Source: Halodesulfurarchaeum sp.
GTDB lineage: Archaea; Halobacteriota; Halobacteria; Halobacteriales; Halobacteriaceae
Reading direction: 5' to 3'
Assembly: GCA_034520565.1 (NCBI GenBank)
Contig: JAXHNL010000002.1
Coordinates: 160,001-224,000, forward strand
Length of the DNA stretch: 64,000 nucleotides
The notes under the pieces are model-generated. The model saw nothing but the letters and a program-made list of their open reading frames with translations, made no database searches and had not been told where the DNA came from. Shown here in pieces: positions 61,700 through 64,000 of the stretch. How positions within the stretch are numbered: position 1 is the first letter of the stretch; each line of letters begins with the position of its first letter. Position numbers and translations under genes: made by a program.

Positions 61700-62158
61700 A
61701 TGGAGGTCGTCGAGAACACACTTGAAGTACCACTGGACGAGTTTCTTGCCCGGCCGCTGTTCTGTTTTTTTGCACAGGAATCTAATGGCGGCCCCCGGGT
61801 GTCCCCACTCTGGTTCTTGTGGGAGGCAGGGGCCATTTGGAACGTCGCACGGTTGGATGGCCGGTCGTACCCCGAGCGGGTAAAGCAGTATCCGCAAACG
61901 GCACTCGCAGTCGTTGATTTCAACCCCGCTACGGGGCGGGTGGAACACGTCGGAATGCGTGGAAAGGCAACGCTCGAACCGTACGATACGACCCGAGCAG
62001 AACGCCTTTTCCAGAAGTATCTCGGTGACCAACAAAGCGAGTGGCCCGCGATGTTCGTCGAGTTCGATACGGACGATTACCGACTACTCAGATTCGAACC
62101 TGAGACGGTTGTGGCCCGTGATCAATCCTACCCGGCTCCGGCAGACAGTAGTAACTAA
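61700..62158 (+). CDS. Pyridoxamine 5'-phosphate oxidase-family (FMN split barrel) protein
   Basis: FLARPLFCFFA, PRVSPLWFLWE and HVGMRGKA. Confidence 0.75.
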   Translation: MEVVENTLEVPLDEFLARPLFCFFAQESNGGPRVSPLWFLWEAGAIWNVARLDGRSYPERVKQYPQTALAVVDFNPATGRVEHVGMRGKATLEPYDTTRAERLFQKYLGDQQSEWPAMFVEFDTDDYRLLRFEPETVVARDQSYPAPADSSN

Positions 62159-62326
62159 AATGGCAATTCACTTGGAAGACCCATCAGAATTCAGGGACGC
62201 ATGTGACCGACACGCGCGTTGTATTCAGCACATTCCTATCAACCTATCTGCTCGCTGTTAGAAAGCCCGTGCAAGATATAGAAAATGATTACAGCAGGAG
62301 TTCGATGGCACGTTCGTCCCACGGTA

Positions 62327-63985
62327 TCAGTTCGCCGTTAGTAGCTCCACCACGAACACACTCCCACCAGGCTCGTTATCCTCGACCCAAACCTGACCCC
62401 CATACTGATTGACTAACGTCTGAACGAGATACAGTCCGATACCGGTCCCGGGGCTATCGAGTCCTTTTTCACCCTTTCCGAAGATCTCGTCCTTTTGTGA
62501 ATCCGGGATTCCAGCCCCGTTATCAGCAATTCGAACCCGGACAACATCATCGCGGACCTCACCACTAACAGTTATTTTCGGTGTTTTCTCGTTATTGTGC
62601 ACAATGGCGTTGTTCAGCAAATTCTGAAAGACCGATGAGAGCATCGCGTTCGCCTGCACCCTGACGTCTGGTACCGTTCCGTCAATTTCAAATTTGGCGT
62701 GGGGATATGTCTCGCGTACCGCTTCCAGTTCCAGATTGATCTGTCGGCGTAGCGCGATTGGTTCGATGTCCACTTTCCCCTCACCAGTTACCGCATCCAC
62801 GAGGTCGCTCGCGTTCTCCGTGAGATTGATCACGTGTTCTGATTTGCGCCGGACGCGTTCGAGAACGTCTTCTACCGGATCATCGAGATCCCCCGGAAGC
62901 GTGTCCATCCACCCGACAATGACTGCCATGTCATTCCGAATGTCATGGCGGACGAGTCGATTCAACGCTTCGAGCTGCTCGGTCATTGTTTCGAGCTCCC
63001 GACGGTAGTGTTCCCGTTCAGTAACGTTAGAGAGGGTAATCACGTGGGCTGTAACCACTTCGCCAGCCAGTATCGGACTCGTGGCCACGTGGTAATACTC
63101 CGTATCGTCTCCATACTTTCTAGTGATTGGGTCCGGATCCTCCGCTTCAAGTCGCTCGGCAAGGGCCGGGAGCACAGCAGCAATCGGGCGACCAGTTGTG
63201 CCGTCGAGTTCGGGAAACAGGGCTATGGCTGGCTGATTTGAATCACGAATCGTTCCGTCCTGGTCGAGAAAAATCGTCGGCCCATCGCTGCCACCGACAA
63301 ATCGAATGGCCTCAAAGCGCTCGAAGTACACGAACAGCGTACCGACAGCAAAAATCGCCACTCCAAGTGGCTCATACCAGATCGGAAGCAGCGACTCTCC
63401 CATTGCACCGAGAATATTAAATACAATTGGGAGGGCTGTGATCCCCACAAGCGCGGCTAACGGCCGAGCACTGGCGCCAGACGAGTAAAACCGTTCAAGC
63501 AACATGAAAAAGCTCACGCCGATGGCGACGTAGGCGAATGCGAGAACAACCCAGTGAAGAATACCCTGCTGAAGGGCAAGGTGGGGGAACGGCTCGGTGG
63601 CCCACTCGGTCGTGAAGTAAAGTTGATGGAGCGGATTTGTGATTTTTAGCAGCACGAGAAAGAGAAATCCACCAATGATAAAACGCCGGTAGGGAGCCTG
63701 ACGGGGCGTTCGACCGGTATAAGCGGCACTAAAGTACAGCCACGCACCAACGCACCCAAGTGCGGCGATCAGTCCGAAGATGTACGATGCGACTTTGAGC
63801 TCTGCCGTCGGAAGGAGAAAGTATCCGAGGTAGCCGCCAGCCCAGAGCCCACACGTGAGCAAAATGGCGACGAACCCTTCGCGTGTCCCGCGATGTTGGA
63901 TCTGCTGCGCTTTCGCGATACTGGCAAAGCAAAGGAGCGCTGAAACAACAAAAACCGACAGATGACCGAGGTAGAGAAAGTTCAT
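62327..63985 (-). CDS. Sensor histidine kinase with N-terminal 7TM region and PAS-like domain
   Basis: H-box LVRHDIRN, N-box NLLNNAIVHN, DNGAGIP and GTGIGL. Confidence 0.92.
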   Translation of the reverse strand: MNFLYLGHLSVFVVSALLCFASIAKAQQIQHRGTREGFVAILLTCGLWAGGYLGYFLLPTAELKVASYIFGLIAALGCVGAWLYFSAAYTGRTPRQAPYRRFIIGGFLFLVLLKITNPLHQLYFTTEWATEPFPHLALQQGILHWVVLAFAYVAIGVSFFMLLERFYSSGASARPLAALVGITALPIVFNILGAMGESLLPIWYEPLGVAIFAVGTLFVYFERFEAIRFVGGSDGPTIFLDQDGTIRDSNQPAIALFPELDGTTGRPIAAVLPALAERLEAEDPDPITRKYGDDTEYYHVATSPILAGEVVTAHVITLSNVTEREHYRRELETMTEQLEALNRLVRHDIRNDMAVIVGWMDTLPGDLDDPVEDVLERVRRKSEHVINLTENASDLVDAVTGEGKVDIEPIALRRQINLELEAVRETYPHAKFEIDGTVPDVRVQANAMLSSVFQNLLNNAIVHNNEKTPKITVSGEVRDDVVRVRIADNGAGIPDSQKDEIFGKGEKGLDSPGTGIGLYLVQTLVNQYGGQVWVEDNEPGGSVFVVELLTAN

Positions 63986-64000
63986 TGGAGGATTTTGAAG

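Noticed and set aside
1-64000. CRISPR arrays, IS elements, integrases, rRNA
   Set aside because: No regularly spaced repeats, transposase or recombinase motifs, or rRNA-like sequence seen.

Overview
High-GC DNA encoding strongly acidic proteins, a PGF-CTERM anchor and haloarchaeal marker genes (rdfA, folCP, mptD, azf, cbiZ, cobY), so this is almost certainly a Halobacteria chromosome. Its gene content suggests anaerobic capability. The core of the window (about 17.9-45.5 kb) is a near-complete module for corrinoid-dependent demethylation of a methylated amine, most likely glycine betaine, coupled to a tetrahydrofolate C1 branch. It contains a BCCT transporter, a pyrrolysine-free MttB-superfamily methyltransferase, a corrinoid protein, a RACo/ASKHA corrinoid activator, an MtrH/MtgA-like methyltransferase, MetF, FolD, Fhs, two FdhF-type formate dehydrogenases, a dimethylglycine/sarcosine dehydrogenase-like GcvT-family flavoprotein with EtfAB, and an atypical AOR. 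FolCP and a cobamide salvage operon follow directly. The left flank holds an MFS transporter, a DUF1638 protein, an IclR regulator, sph3-rdfA, glpABC, an AbgB-like hydrolase with a divergent ATP-grasp gene, and tRNA-Val with a short duplicated 3' end. The right flank is mostly housekeeping genes. Four genes carry small frameshifts that look like sequencing indels. All calls come from reading motifs by eye; no database search was run.
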